Part shown: piece after piece, positions 25,773 through 33,745 of the stretch
Numbering within the stretch: the stretch's first letter is position 1
Layout: the number at the start of each line of letters is the position of its first letter
Source of the DNA: an uncultured Dehalococcoidaceae bacterium
GTDB lineage: Bacteria > Chloroflexota > Dehalococcoidia > Dehalococcoidales > RBG-16-60-22
Reading direction: 5' to 3'
NCBI GenBank assembly: GCA_964584575.1
Contig: CAZPAS010000002.1
Coordinates: 5,826 to 46,986, forward strand
DNA length: 41,161 nucleotides
The notes under the pieces: model-generated
The model's database searches: none
What the model was told of the DNA's origin: nothing
Seen by the model: the letters and a program-made list of their open reading frames with translations, nothing else
Translations under genes and position numbers: made by a program

Positions 25773-26666
25773 ATGACCGACATTATAAATTTGGACTCTA
25801 TTACCAAGATATACAAGAACTTCACCGCGGTAAAGGGGGTTAACCTGCAAATCAGGGAGGGGGAAATACTGGGTATCATCGGACATAACGGCGCGGGCAA
25901 GACGACCACGCTCAAGATGATGGTGGGACTGCTGGCGCCCACCTCCGGCACTATTACCGTAATGGGCAAGGATATCTCGCGGGAGAGCACCAGGGTCAAG
26001 CAGCACATCGGCTACCTGCCCGAGGAAAGCCCCCTCTACGAGAACATGACCATCAAGATGTACCTGGAATTCTTCGGGGAGTTATATAAAATTCCCAAAA
26101 AGACCGCCTCCGAGCGAATAGAAACGCTGCTCGACTCTTTGAAGCTGGAAGAGAGAGACAAATACACCGGCGACCTTTCCAAGGGCATGAAAAGGAAGGT
26201 AGCCATCGCCCGCACCCTCCTGCACGAGCCTTCCATCCTGATACTCGACGAGCCGAACTCCGGCCTCGACCCGCTGACATCGTTCTTTATCATCGACTAC
26301 CTGAAAAAGCTGAACAAGCAGGGTAAGACCATCGTGCTGAGTGCTCACAACCTCTTTCACATCGAGTACATCTGCGAACGCGTAGCCATCATGAAAAACG
26401 GGGAAATCTACATCTGCGATACCATCGAGGCTATCCGGGAGAAACTCGGCAAGCGCGAGTACGAGGTCGTCTTCCGGGCGGACGAGAAGCTCGACTACGA
26501 GAAACAGGGCGATAACTACGTTTTCACCACGTCCGACGTGGCCAGCATCGCCGCGCTCTTACAGGACATCTCCGAGAAGGACTGGGCGTTAATCGACCTC
26601 TCGGTACGCCAGTCGGCGCTGGAAGACATGTACGTCAAGCTCATGGGCGAGGGAATAGACCCGTAA
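25773..26666 (+). CDS. ABC transporter ATP-binding protein (NatA-like)
   Basis: Walker A GHNGAGKTT, signature LSKGMKRK, Walker B ILILDEP. Confidence 0.9.
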   Translation: MTDIINLDSITKIYKNFTAVKGVNLQIREGEILGIIGHNGAGKTTTLKMMVGLLAPTSGTITVMGKDISRESTRVKQHIGYLPEESPLYENMTIKMYLEFFGELYKIPKKTASERIETLLDSLKLEERDKYTGDLSKGMKRKVAIARTLLHEPSILILDEPNSGLDPLTSFFIIDYLKKLNKQGKTIVLSAHNLFHIEYICERVAIMKNGEIYICDTIEAIREKLGKREYEVVFRADEKLDYEKQGDNYVFTTSDVASIAALLQDISEKDWALIDLSVRQSALEDMYVKLMGEGIDP

Positions 26667-26733
26667 AGTCATCAGAGTCAACCATACACACAATTATCCC
26701 CCTGTTGTTACGTTTGCCGTTTGTGACTTATCT

Positions 26734-26982
26734 GTGACGGTTATTACGCCTATTGTGATTGCTATGCAAGGTAGCCGGACTAGACTAGCTGATAGTCCAT
26801 TGAAAAAACCGATAATAGTAGACAATCACATTGCCAAACCGGGCGAGGCAAAACGTAAAACGCAGTACAGCCGCTGTCCTCAATGCGGGCTTAAGGGGCT
26901 GTATTCCGTCCGACAGCGGTACTCGCGTTGCCGCTACTGCGGGCTTTACCGGATATCGTCACAGGAAAGCCAAACGGGGTAA
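26734..26982 (+). CDS. possible small zinc-ribbon protein (CPQCG...CRYCG), hypothetical
   Basis: This is only an ORF with a four-Cys pattern. No convincing SD and no family recognised. Confidence 0.25.
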   Translation: MTVITPIVIAMQGSRTRLADSPLKKPIIVDNHIAKPGEAKRKTQYSRCPQCGLKGLYSVRQRYSRCRYCGLYRISSQESQTG

Positions 26983-27087
26983 GGGGCAATGAAACTGGTA
27001 AAAGACATACTCGCCTATCTTCGCGGTCTATTCGACGTGCTGGCGTACCGGATGTGCTTCCGCTGAACCACCCGGTGAATGCCATGA

Positions 27088-27486
27088 TTAGTCCGGTACC
27101 AACTTAACCAGTACATTACGACTCCTGGGTCCATCGAACTCACAGAAGAAGACGCCCTGCCACGTCCCCAGTACCAGCCTGCCGTCCTCGATGAACAACG
27201 TCTCGGAGTCGCCGACGAGCGTCGCCTTGATATGCGCCGGCGAGTTCCCTTCCAGGTGGCGGTAGTTCCCCTGCTGCGGCACCATCTTATCCATCTGCGC
27301 TATGATATCCTCGGCGACACTGGGGTCGGCATGCTCGTTGACCATCACGCCGGCGGTCGTATGGGGGACGAAGATGTAACAGATGCCGCTTTTCACCCCG
27401 ATTGACTGAATAATATCGTTGATTTCTGCGGTGATGTCCTGGAACTCCACTCGGGAATATGTCTTTATGTCAACTTTGTTAATCAT
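27088..27486 (-). CDS. yjbQ: YjbQ/UPF0047 family protein (secondary thiamine-phosphate synthase type)
   Basis: VPHTTAGVMVNEHADP, HLEGNSPAHIKATL and LGTWQGVFFCEFDGPR motifs. ATG 27486 after a GGAGG SD. Confidence 0.85.
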   Translation of the reverse strand: MINKVDIKTYSRVEFQDITAEINDIIQSIGVKSGICYIFVPHTTAGVMVNEHADPSVAEDIIAQMDKMVPQQGNYRHLEGNSPAHIKATLVGDSETLFIEDGRLVLGTWQGVFFCEFDGPRSRNVLVKLVPD

Positions 27487-27704
27487 AGTATTATCCTCCA
27501 CACCATGATTCATACCATATCCTACACCCTGCTCCCCCGGCTGACAATAGCGCAAAATGATAACTATTATAGATCTCACCCCTCGAAGAGCCTTCGACCT
27601 TTATCTCTCCCTGCACGCGACAAAAACCCCTTGCCGATAACCGGCGCCTGGCTTAAAATAAACAGGGATGAAAACAATTACCCGCTGCTTCATACACCCT
27701 GAGC

Positions 27705-27774
27705 AACTTAACATATAACGAAAAACGAATACCCTGAAAATGAAGCTAACTTAACATATAACGAAAAACGAATA
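27705..27774. repeat. 27-nt direct repeat AACTTAACATATAACGAAAAACGAATA, two copies with a 43-bp period
   Basis: Identical copies at 27705-27731 and 27748-27774. Partial AAAAACGAATAACGAAT echo at 27812-27828. Confidence 0.8.
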
Positions 27775-27939
27775 ATTGAAGCTGATTAGCTACGGAAAAA
27801 CTAAAAAATTTAAAAACGAATAACGAATCATAAATAGCCGCCCTGGTGGGAAAAGATAATCATGAGGGGAGTGGGGAGAGCGAGAGTACAGCTTGACCGC
27901 CCAGCTAAAACCCGTTACACTGTAATCAGGAGAATCATC

Positions 27940-28179
27940 ATGCCCATATACGAGTATGTTTGCGACAAATGTAACACCAAGTTCGAACAACTACGTCCTT
28001 TAAGTCAGGCTGAAAAACCGGCGGACTGCCCCAAGTGCCATAAGCCCGCCCGGCGTAAGATGTCCACCTTTGCCGCCTACAGCGCCACCCCCGGCGGCGT
28101 CCCCAAGACGATAGCCGGCACGGGCGGCAATTCCTGCTCCAATTGCTCTTCCGGTAACTGCAGCACCTGCGCGTCCTGA
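27940..28179 (+). CDS. FmdB-family zinc-ribbon protein
   Basis: MPIYEYVCDKCNTKFE...CPKC hallmark N-terminus and a Cys-rich tail. Confidence 0.8.
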   Translation: MPIYEYVCDKCNTKFEQLRPLSQAEKPADCPKCHKPARRKMSTFAAYSATPGGVPKTIAGTGGNSCSNCSSGNCSTCAS

Positions 28180-28197
28180 GCCGCCGATTTATTCGAT

Positions 28198-28611
28198 ATG
28201 AGCGACTGCATTTTATGCGATATCGTCGCCGGCAAAGAACCTGCCAGCTTGGTATACGACGATGATACCACCCTTGCCATCATGGACATCTCCACACTGA
28301 ATCGCGGACAGGTCGTCGTTTTCCCCAAAAAGCACTTCCCCTATATGTCCGACATGGATGAAGCCACCGGTATGCACCTGTTCAGGACTGCTATGCGCGT
28401 ATGCCGGGGTATCCGCAACTCCGGTATCGCCTGCGACGGCATAAACCTTTTCCTGGCGGACGGCGAAGCTGCCAACCAGGAGGTCTTTCACGTGCATATT
28501 CTCATTATTCCCAGGCTGGAGAACGACTCCATGAGAATTACCGGGGACTGGACTAATCCTGCACGCGAAGAACTGGACGATTTAGCGTCGAAAATCCACA
28601 ACGCGCTTTAG
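28198..28611 (+). CDS. HIT-family protein with an atypical triad HVHIL
   Basis: CILCDI N-terminus and EVFHVHILIIPR motif region. Confidence 0.85.
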   Translation: MSDCILCDIVAGKEPASLVYDDDTTLAIMDISTLNRGQVVVFPKKHFPYMSDMDEATGMHLFRTAMRVCRGIRNSGIACDGINLFLADGEAANQEVFHVHILIIPRLENDSMRITGDWTNPAREELDDLASKIHNAL

Positions 28612-28745
28612 TGCGTTATCAATGATTTCTACTGAAACCCTTCACTTATGTGGGATAAAAATCACATACAATCACCCTCAATTCCCCTACAATCCAGTTA
28701 GATACACATAAATATGTACATCTTTGTGGACGGGGGGATATATAC

Positions 28746-29405
28746 GTGAAGAAGATTATCATCGGCTCGATAGTCGCTGCACTCATAACAGGTACGGTGG
28801 CACTCGGGTCGTGCGGCGGAAAAGTCCAGGAACTGGGGGGTGTCGAAGTGAGAGAATACAAGGGCGAAAACCTTTCCTCGATTGAAGATTTCAGGGAGAA
28901 CTCCATCAAGGGTCCCCAGCAGGTGGATATAGAAAATTACCGGCTGGAAGTCACCGGACTTGCCGGTAAACCGGCCAGCTACACCTACGACGGGGTAATC
29001 GACGACTTCGACAACTACAAGAAAGTCGTCAGCCTGCACTGCGTCGAGGGGTGGGCGGTGAATATCCTCTGGGAAGGCGTGCTGGTCAGGGACATACTGG
29101 CGAAAGCCGAACCCCTGCCGGAGGCCAACACGGTCATCTTCCACGCCCACGACGGCTATACCACCTCTTTCCCGCTGGAATATATCATGGACAACGACAT
29201 CATCATGGCCCACAAGATGAACGATGTCACCATCCCGCCGGAGAGGGGCTTCCCCTTCGAGCTGGTTGCCGAGAGTAAGTGGGGCTACAAGTGGGTGAAG
29301 TGGATAACTAAAATCGAGTTATCCGACGACGAAGACTACCAGGGCTTCTGGGAGAGCCGCGGCTACTCCGATGAAGGCGACCTTGATAAGAGCTTCTTCG
29401 ACTAG
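28746..29405 (+). CDS. molybdopterin-binding oxidoreductase domain lipoprotein (sulfite-oxidase/MsrP fold)
   Basis: Signal peptide with the lipobox LGSC. HCVEGWAVNILWEGVLVRDIL and FPFELVAESKWGYKWVKW motifs. GTG start after a GGGGGG SD. Confidence 0.8.
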   Translation: MKKIIIGSIVAALITGTVALGSCGGKVQELGGVEVREYKGENLSSIEDFRENSIKGPQQVDIENYRLEVTGLAGKPASYTYDGVIDDFDNYKKVVSLHCVEGWAVNILWEGVLVRDILAKAEPLPEANTVIFHAHDGYTTSFPLEYIMDNDIIMAHKMNDVTIPPERGFPFELVAESKWGYKWVKWITKIELSDDEDYQGFWESRGYSDEGDLDKSFFD

Positions 29406-29471
29406 CCAACATCACCTTTGACACTCCAGCCTGAAAGCTGTTAATCTTTAACGGTAATAGCTCGCAGGCAG

Positions 29472-29996
29472 GTGGTCGTTATCAGTTCCTCAAAGACAGA
29501 AAATAAAGGCGCTTTCCGCTGGATATACGTCGTCCTGCCGATATCGCTTTTTATCGCTGCCGCAATCCTGACCGCCGTTTTCTACGCCATGCTGCCGGAC
29601 GAGGTCGCTTACCGCTTCTCCGGCGGAGAACCCACCCACGTGGCAGGTCGTGGCGGGGTTATCGCCTGGGTAATCGGGTTACAGTTCGTCTTCGCCCTGA
29701 TTGCGTTCGCCATAACCTATATCGTGACGGGCGCCAGCCGGCGGCTGGAAGTCGAGGAGACGGAGTTGAGCAGGACGCTGTTCACCGTCATGGGAAACCT
29801 GATGGCGCTACCGCAGATTATCCTCCTCTTTGCAATGCTGGATATTTTTCTATACAATGCATATCAAATAAAGCTGATACCCATCTGGGTGTTCGCTGTT
29901 GTTGTCCTGGCGCTGGGCGGCTTCGCCCTGGGTTACTATTTTGTCCGGGCTATCCGTCAGACCCGCCGCCAGCAGACTAATTCTCTCGGGGAGTAA
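29472..29996 (+). CDS. DUF1648-like integral membrane protein
   Basis: Four TM segments and an MLPDEVAYRFSGGEP segment after TM1. GTG start. Confidence 0.55.
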   Translation: MVVISSSKTENKGAFRWIYVVLPISLFIAAAILTAVFYAMLPDEVAYRFSGGEPTHVAGRGGVIAWVIGLQFVFALIAFAITYIVTGASRRLEVEETELSRTLFTVMGNLMALPQIILLFAMLDIFLYNAYQIKLIPIWVFAVVVLALGGFALGYYFVRAIRQTRRQQTNSLGE

Positions 29997-30001
29997 TACT
30001 G

Positions 30002-31378
30002 ATGACAGAAATCAAACCGGGCAAAGTCACCATGGAAAAGCTCGTCTCGCTGTGCCAGCGGCGCGGCTTTATCTTCCCTTCCAGCGATATCTACGGGGGG
30101 CTGTCCGGCTGCTGGGACTACGGACCTATCGGCACCGAACTGAAACGCAACGTGAAAGAAGCCTGGTGGCGCGCTAACGTGCAGGAACGCGACGACATGG
30201 TGGGACTGGATACCAGCATCCTGATGAACTCCAAAGTCTGGGAAGCCAGCGGACACGTAACGAGTTTTTCCGACCCCCTGGTGGAGTGTAAGAACTGCCA
30301 CCTGAGGTGGAAGGCGGATGAACTCACCGCAGATAAGTGCCCTTCCTGTGGCGGAGAACTTACCGAGGAACGCATGTTCAATACCATGTTCAAGACCTTC
30401 ATCGGTCCGGTGGAGGAAGAAGCCGCCATCGTCTACCTCCGCCCCGAGACCGCCCAGGGCATGTTCGTCAATTTCCAGAACGCCCTCAATACCAGCCGCA
30501 AGCGGCTGCCCTTCGGCATCGCCCAGATAGGCAAGGCGTTCCGCAACGAGATTACCACCGGCAACTTCATCTTCCGCAGTCGCGAGTTCGAAATTATGGA
30601 GTTCGAGTACTTCGTCAAGCCGGGCACGGATGAAAAATGGTTCGATTACTGGGTGGAAGAACGATTCAACTGGTACGTAAAACTCGGTATCAGGAAAGAG
30701 CATCTCAAACTGAATCCACACCCCAAAGAGAAGCTGGCGCACTATGCCCGAAGCTGCACGGATATCAACTATCTTTTCCCGCACGGCTGGTCGGAGCTCG
30801 AAGGCATCGCCAACCGCACGGACTTCGACCTCAAGCAGCACGCCGACGCCAGCGGTAAGTCCATGGAGTATTTCGATAACGAGACGAACGAGCACTACGT
30901 CCCTTATATCGTGGAGCCTTCGGTCGGTGTCGACCGTATTATCCTGGCTTTACTCTGCGACGCCTACGACGAGGAAATCGTCAACGATGAACTAAGGGTG
31001 CTGTTCCACTTCCACACCGACCTGGCGCCTATCAAGGTCGCCGTCCTCCCGCTGAGTCGCAAGGAAAACCTCTCGGCAGTGGCTAAAGAAGTGTACGCCG
31101 ACCTGCGTCCCTGCTTCGTGACGAACTACGACGATACCCAGGCAATCGGCCGCCGCTACCGCCGCCAGGACGAACTGGGCACCCCCTACTGTGTGACCAT
31201 CGACTTTCAGTCGCTGGAAGACAAAATGGCGACCATCCGCGAGCGGGACACCATGAACCAGATACGCGTGCCCATCGCCGCGCTGCGGGATACCCTGTCC
31301 GCCAAGCTCGCCGGCGAAGACCTCTTCGTCCTGCCCGAGGGCGGGGTGATATGGAAGCAGGCCGGGGAAGATACGTAA
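30002..31378 (+). CDS. glyQS: glycine--tRNA ligase (dimeric class II type)
   Basis: RRGFIFPSSDIYGG..GCWDYGPIG, FRNEITTGNFIFRSREFEIMEFE and a C-terminal anticodon-binding pattern. Confidence 0.95.
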   Translation: MTEIKPGKVTMEKLVSLCQRRGFIFPSSDIYGGLSGCWDYGPIGTELKRNVKEAWWRANVQERDDMVGLDTSILMNSKVWEASGHVTSFSDPLVECKNCHLRWKADELTADKCPSCGGELTEERMFNTMFKTFIGPVEEEAAIVYLRPETAQGMFVNFQNALNTSRKRLPFGIAQIGKAFRNEITTGNFIFRSREFEIMEFEYFVKPGTDEKWFDYWVEERFNWYVKLGIRKEHLKLNPHPKEKLAHYARSCTDINYLFPHGWSELEGIANRTDFDLKQHADASGKSMEYFDNETNEHYVPYIVEPSVGVDRIILALLCDAYDEEIVNDELRVLFHFHTDLAPIKVAVLPLSRKENLSAVAKEVYADLRPCFVTNYDDTQAIGRRYRRQDELGTPYCVTIDFQSLEDKMATIRERDTMNQIRVPIAALRDTLSAKLAGEDLFVLPEGGVIWKQAGEDT

Positions 31379-31509
31379 TTTCTACTTGATTCATAAAGCA
31401 TCGTACAGGGAAAACTGTAACAGCTTCCCTTCCTTGTTAGCAGTGTAATATAGTAATGCTGTAATACTGAGATGCAATACCCTGTACTACTGCAATAGGG
31501 GGTTGAGAT

Positions 31510-32148
31510 ATGAACGCATCTACCCAAAAGCAGTTCGTCGCTTTTCTCTCCACCCATCGCCTTGCGGCTTTAACTGACGGCGTCTTCGCAATCGTTATGA
31601 CATTACTGGTACTGGAGATTAGCATCCCGGAGATTGTGCCGTCATTGGCGCATACTGAACTGCCCCACAGACTTATTGAACTATGGCCCCAAGTATTGAG
31701 CTATATAATCAGTTTTATAATCCTGGGCCTGTTCTGGTATCTCCATCATATGGCTTTTCATCATATCAAACGTTCTGATAGCGGACTTATATGGCTAAAT
31801 ATAGTTTTCCTCATGTTCATCGCCTTGATACCGTTTTCCACAGCCCTGTTCGGTAGTTTCGCAAAGGAACAGCTACCGCTTATTATTTACATAAGCAATA
31901 TAATCGTTGCCAGTATCATGAGATTATTAATCTGGACATACGCTACCGGCAAGCACCGCCTGGTGGATAAGGATATCAGCCCTCGTTTAGTAAAGTGGGA
32001 CAAGATAGGCTCACTCGGATTCTGTATTATCCTTATGCTGATGATTGGTGTTTCTTTTATCAGCGTCGTTGCCGCCCGTTCTATATTTGCCCTCCTGGGA
32101 GTTTTTGGTATCACGTCGCAATTTTTCGCGAGGAAGTTTGAGGGGTAA
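31510..32148 (+). CDS. DUF1211/TMEM175-family putative potassium channel
   Basis: RLAALTDGVFAIVMTLLVLE first-helix signature and six TM segments. Confidence 0.8.
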   Translation: MNASTQKQFVAFLSTHRLAALTDGVFAIVMTLLVLEISIPEIVPSLAHTELPHRLIELWPQVLSYIISFIILGLFWYLHHMAFHHIKRSDSGLIWLNIVFLMFIALIPFSTALFGSFAKEQLPLIIYISNIIVASIMRLLIWTYATGKHRLVDKDISPRLVKWDKIGSLGFCIILMLMIGVSFISVVAARSIFALLGVFGITSQFFARKFEG

Positions 32149-32153
32149 GGTCT

Positions 32154-32852
32154 ATTATTCAAAAATATAAGGCGGTTATCTTCGACCTCTTCGGGACATT
32201 GATTGAGAATTTCTCCCGCAGCGAGTATGCCGCCGTTTTTAAAGAAATGTCCGAAGTCCTCTCCGTCCCCGCCGACGATTTCCTGCAGGCTTGGGCGGAT
32301 GCCTTCGACCAGCGGGCGACCGGCGTCTTTGCCACCACCGCCGACTCCATCAAAGGCCTCGCCGTTAAGTTCAACCCCGGCGTGACCGACGGCCAGATAG
32401 AACGCGCCGCACGCATCAGAACGGACTATACCCGGCGCTCAATTATCCCGCGGGAAGGCGCCATAGAAGTCCTCACTCATCTGAAAGAGTCAGAATGCAA
32501 GACGGCGCTCATCAGCGACTGCACCTGCGAGATACCCGGCGTCTGGGACAGCACCTCCCTGTCACCGTACTTCGACGTCGTCGTGTTCTCCTGCGTGGTC
32601 CGCATAAAAAAACCAGACCCGCGTATTTATCACGCCGCCACGGAACAACTGGGAGTCGAGCCTGACGATTGCCTCTATATCGGCGACGGCAGCAGCCACG
32701 AACTGACCGGCGCGCGGGCGGTCGGCATGCACCCCGTCCTGATACGCGACCCCGCCGAGTCCGACGACACCCACTTCATCGACCGCGAGGAAGCGTGGAA
32801 CGGCCCGGAAATCACGTCGTTGAAGGAAGTCTTCGACCTGTTAAAAGAGTAA
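32154..32852 (+). CDS. HAD-superfamily hydrolase (subfamily IA-like), probable ATT start
   Basis: Motif I KAVIFDLFGTL lies upstream of the first canonical start (TTG 32199). Motif II LISDCT and motif IV YIGDGSSHEL are present. Confidence 0.75.
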   Translation: MIQKYKAVIFDLFGTLIENFSRSEYAAVFKEMSEVLSVPADDFLQAWADAFDQRATGVFATTADSIKGLAVKFNPGVTDGQIERAARIRTDYTRRSIIPREGAIEVLTHLKESECKTALISDCTCEIPGVWDSTSLSPYFDVVVFSCVVRIKKPDPRIYHAATEQLGVEPDDCLYIGDGSSHELTGARAVGMHPVLIRDPAESDDTHFIDREEAWNGPEITSLKEVFDLLKE

Positions 32853-32872
32853 CATCCCTTATCAGGGCATAC

Positions 32873-33640
32873 TCACACGCCCATTTCCAGGGACAACATC
32901 AGCACCACCACCAGGTTGTTGAACGCATGCATTATCATGGGAGCCCATATCGACCCCGTCTTGTATCTCATGACGCCGAATATCAGACCCAGAACGAATA
33001 TCGAGGCTATCTCGAAGAGCCCGTACTGAAGGTGAAATCCCGCCCAGACCAGCGCCGTGATGAATATCGTGCCAGCGACGCCGAGTTTCGACCGACTGAA
33101 GCCCTCGAACAGGAAACCGCGGAACAGGACTTCCTCGAAGAAAGGTCCCAGAAAAACGACGGATACCCAGAACAGCGCCGGCCAGACACTGGAGGCGTAC
33201 GCCTCCGTCATGATATCCGGTTCGGCAGGCCTTTTCAGAACCATATTTACCACGATGGAAAGTATCAGGTACGCCACGGATATCGCCAAGGCTACCAGTA
33301 CTGCACGGGTGCTTAGCGACCTGAAACCAAGGTAATCGGCAATCGCGACGTTCCGCCGGACCTTGACGATAAAGAAAATCAGCAGGACGCAGATAATCGA
33401 GGACGCCACAATCGACACTGAAAGCAGCAATCCTAGGTCGATGATATCCATCCACTCCGAGAAATCGAACTCGGTAAGCGCCGGCTCTATCTCGGTCACG
33501 AGTCTGGCTACGATGAAAATAACCGCGATTACCACCTGAATGACGAAGCTGATGAACATCACCAGTGCGCCCCATCCAGCCGTCGCCCAGAAACCCCATG
33601 CAGGTTTCTCTACGGTTGTTTCTTCTATCTCGGAATTCAC
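32873..33640 (-). CDS. CPBP-family intramembrane glutamic endopeptidase
   Basis: FFEEVLFRGF, FHLQYG and HAFNN motifs. Polytopic. GTG start. Confidence 0.85.
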   Translation of the reverse strand: MNSEIEETTVEKPAWGFWATAGWGALVMFISFVIQVVIAVIFIVARLVTEIEPALTEFDFSEWMDIIDLGLLLSVSIVASSIICVLLIFFIVKVRRNVAIADYLGFRSLSTRAVLVALAISVAYLILSIVVNMVLKRPAEPDIMTEAYASSVWPALFWVSVVFLGPFFEEVLFRGFLFEGFSRSKLGVAGTIFITALVWAGFHLQYGLFEIASIFVLGLIFGVMRYKTGSIWAPMIMHAFNNLVVVLMLSLEMGV

Positions 33641-33710
33641 ATTTATCTGCCTGACCCGTTATAGCGCCATGATATACAAACAGTCGTTGGAAATCAAACT
33701 ATGTACCGTG

Positions 33711-33739
33711 TTGATGTAAGAATTGCGGGCGGGTATAAT
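33711..33739 (+). promoter_or_regulatory. promoter TTGATG-17 nt-TATAAT ending 6 nt before the sbcD GTG
   Basis: The hexamers and spacing were read directly. There is no SD. Confidence 0.5.
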
Positions 33740-33745
33740 TGAAAA

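Noticed and set aside
27487-27700. Possible TPP riboswitch upstream of yjbQ (thiamine-related annotation).
   Set aside because: On the minus strand only a vague GGGGTGAGATC resemblance exists. The conserved CUGAGA and ACCUGAUCUGGAUAAUGCCAGCG-type elements are absent.
27705-27774. Direct repeats as a CRISPR array.
   Set aside because: There are only two full copies, the spacer is 16 nt, there are no cas genes, and the repeat is AT-rich and non-palindromic.
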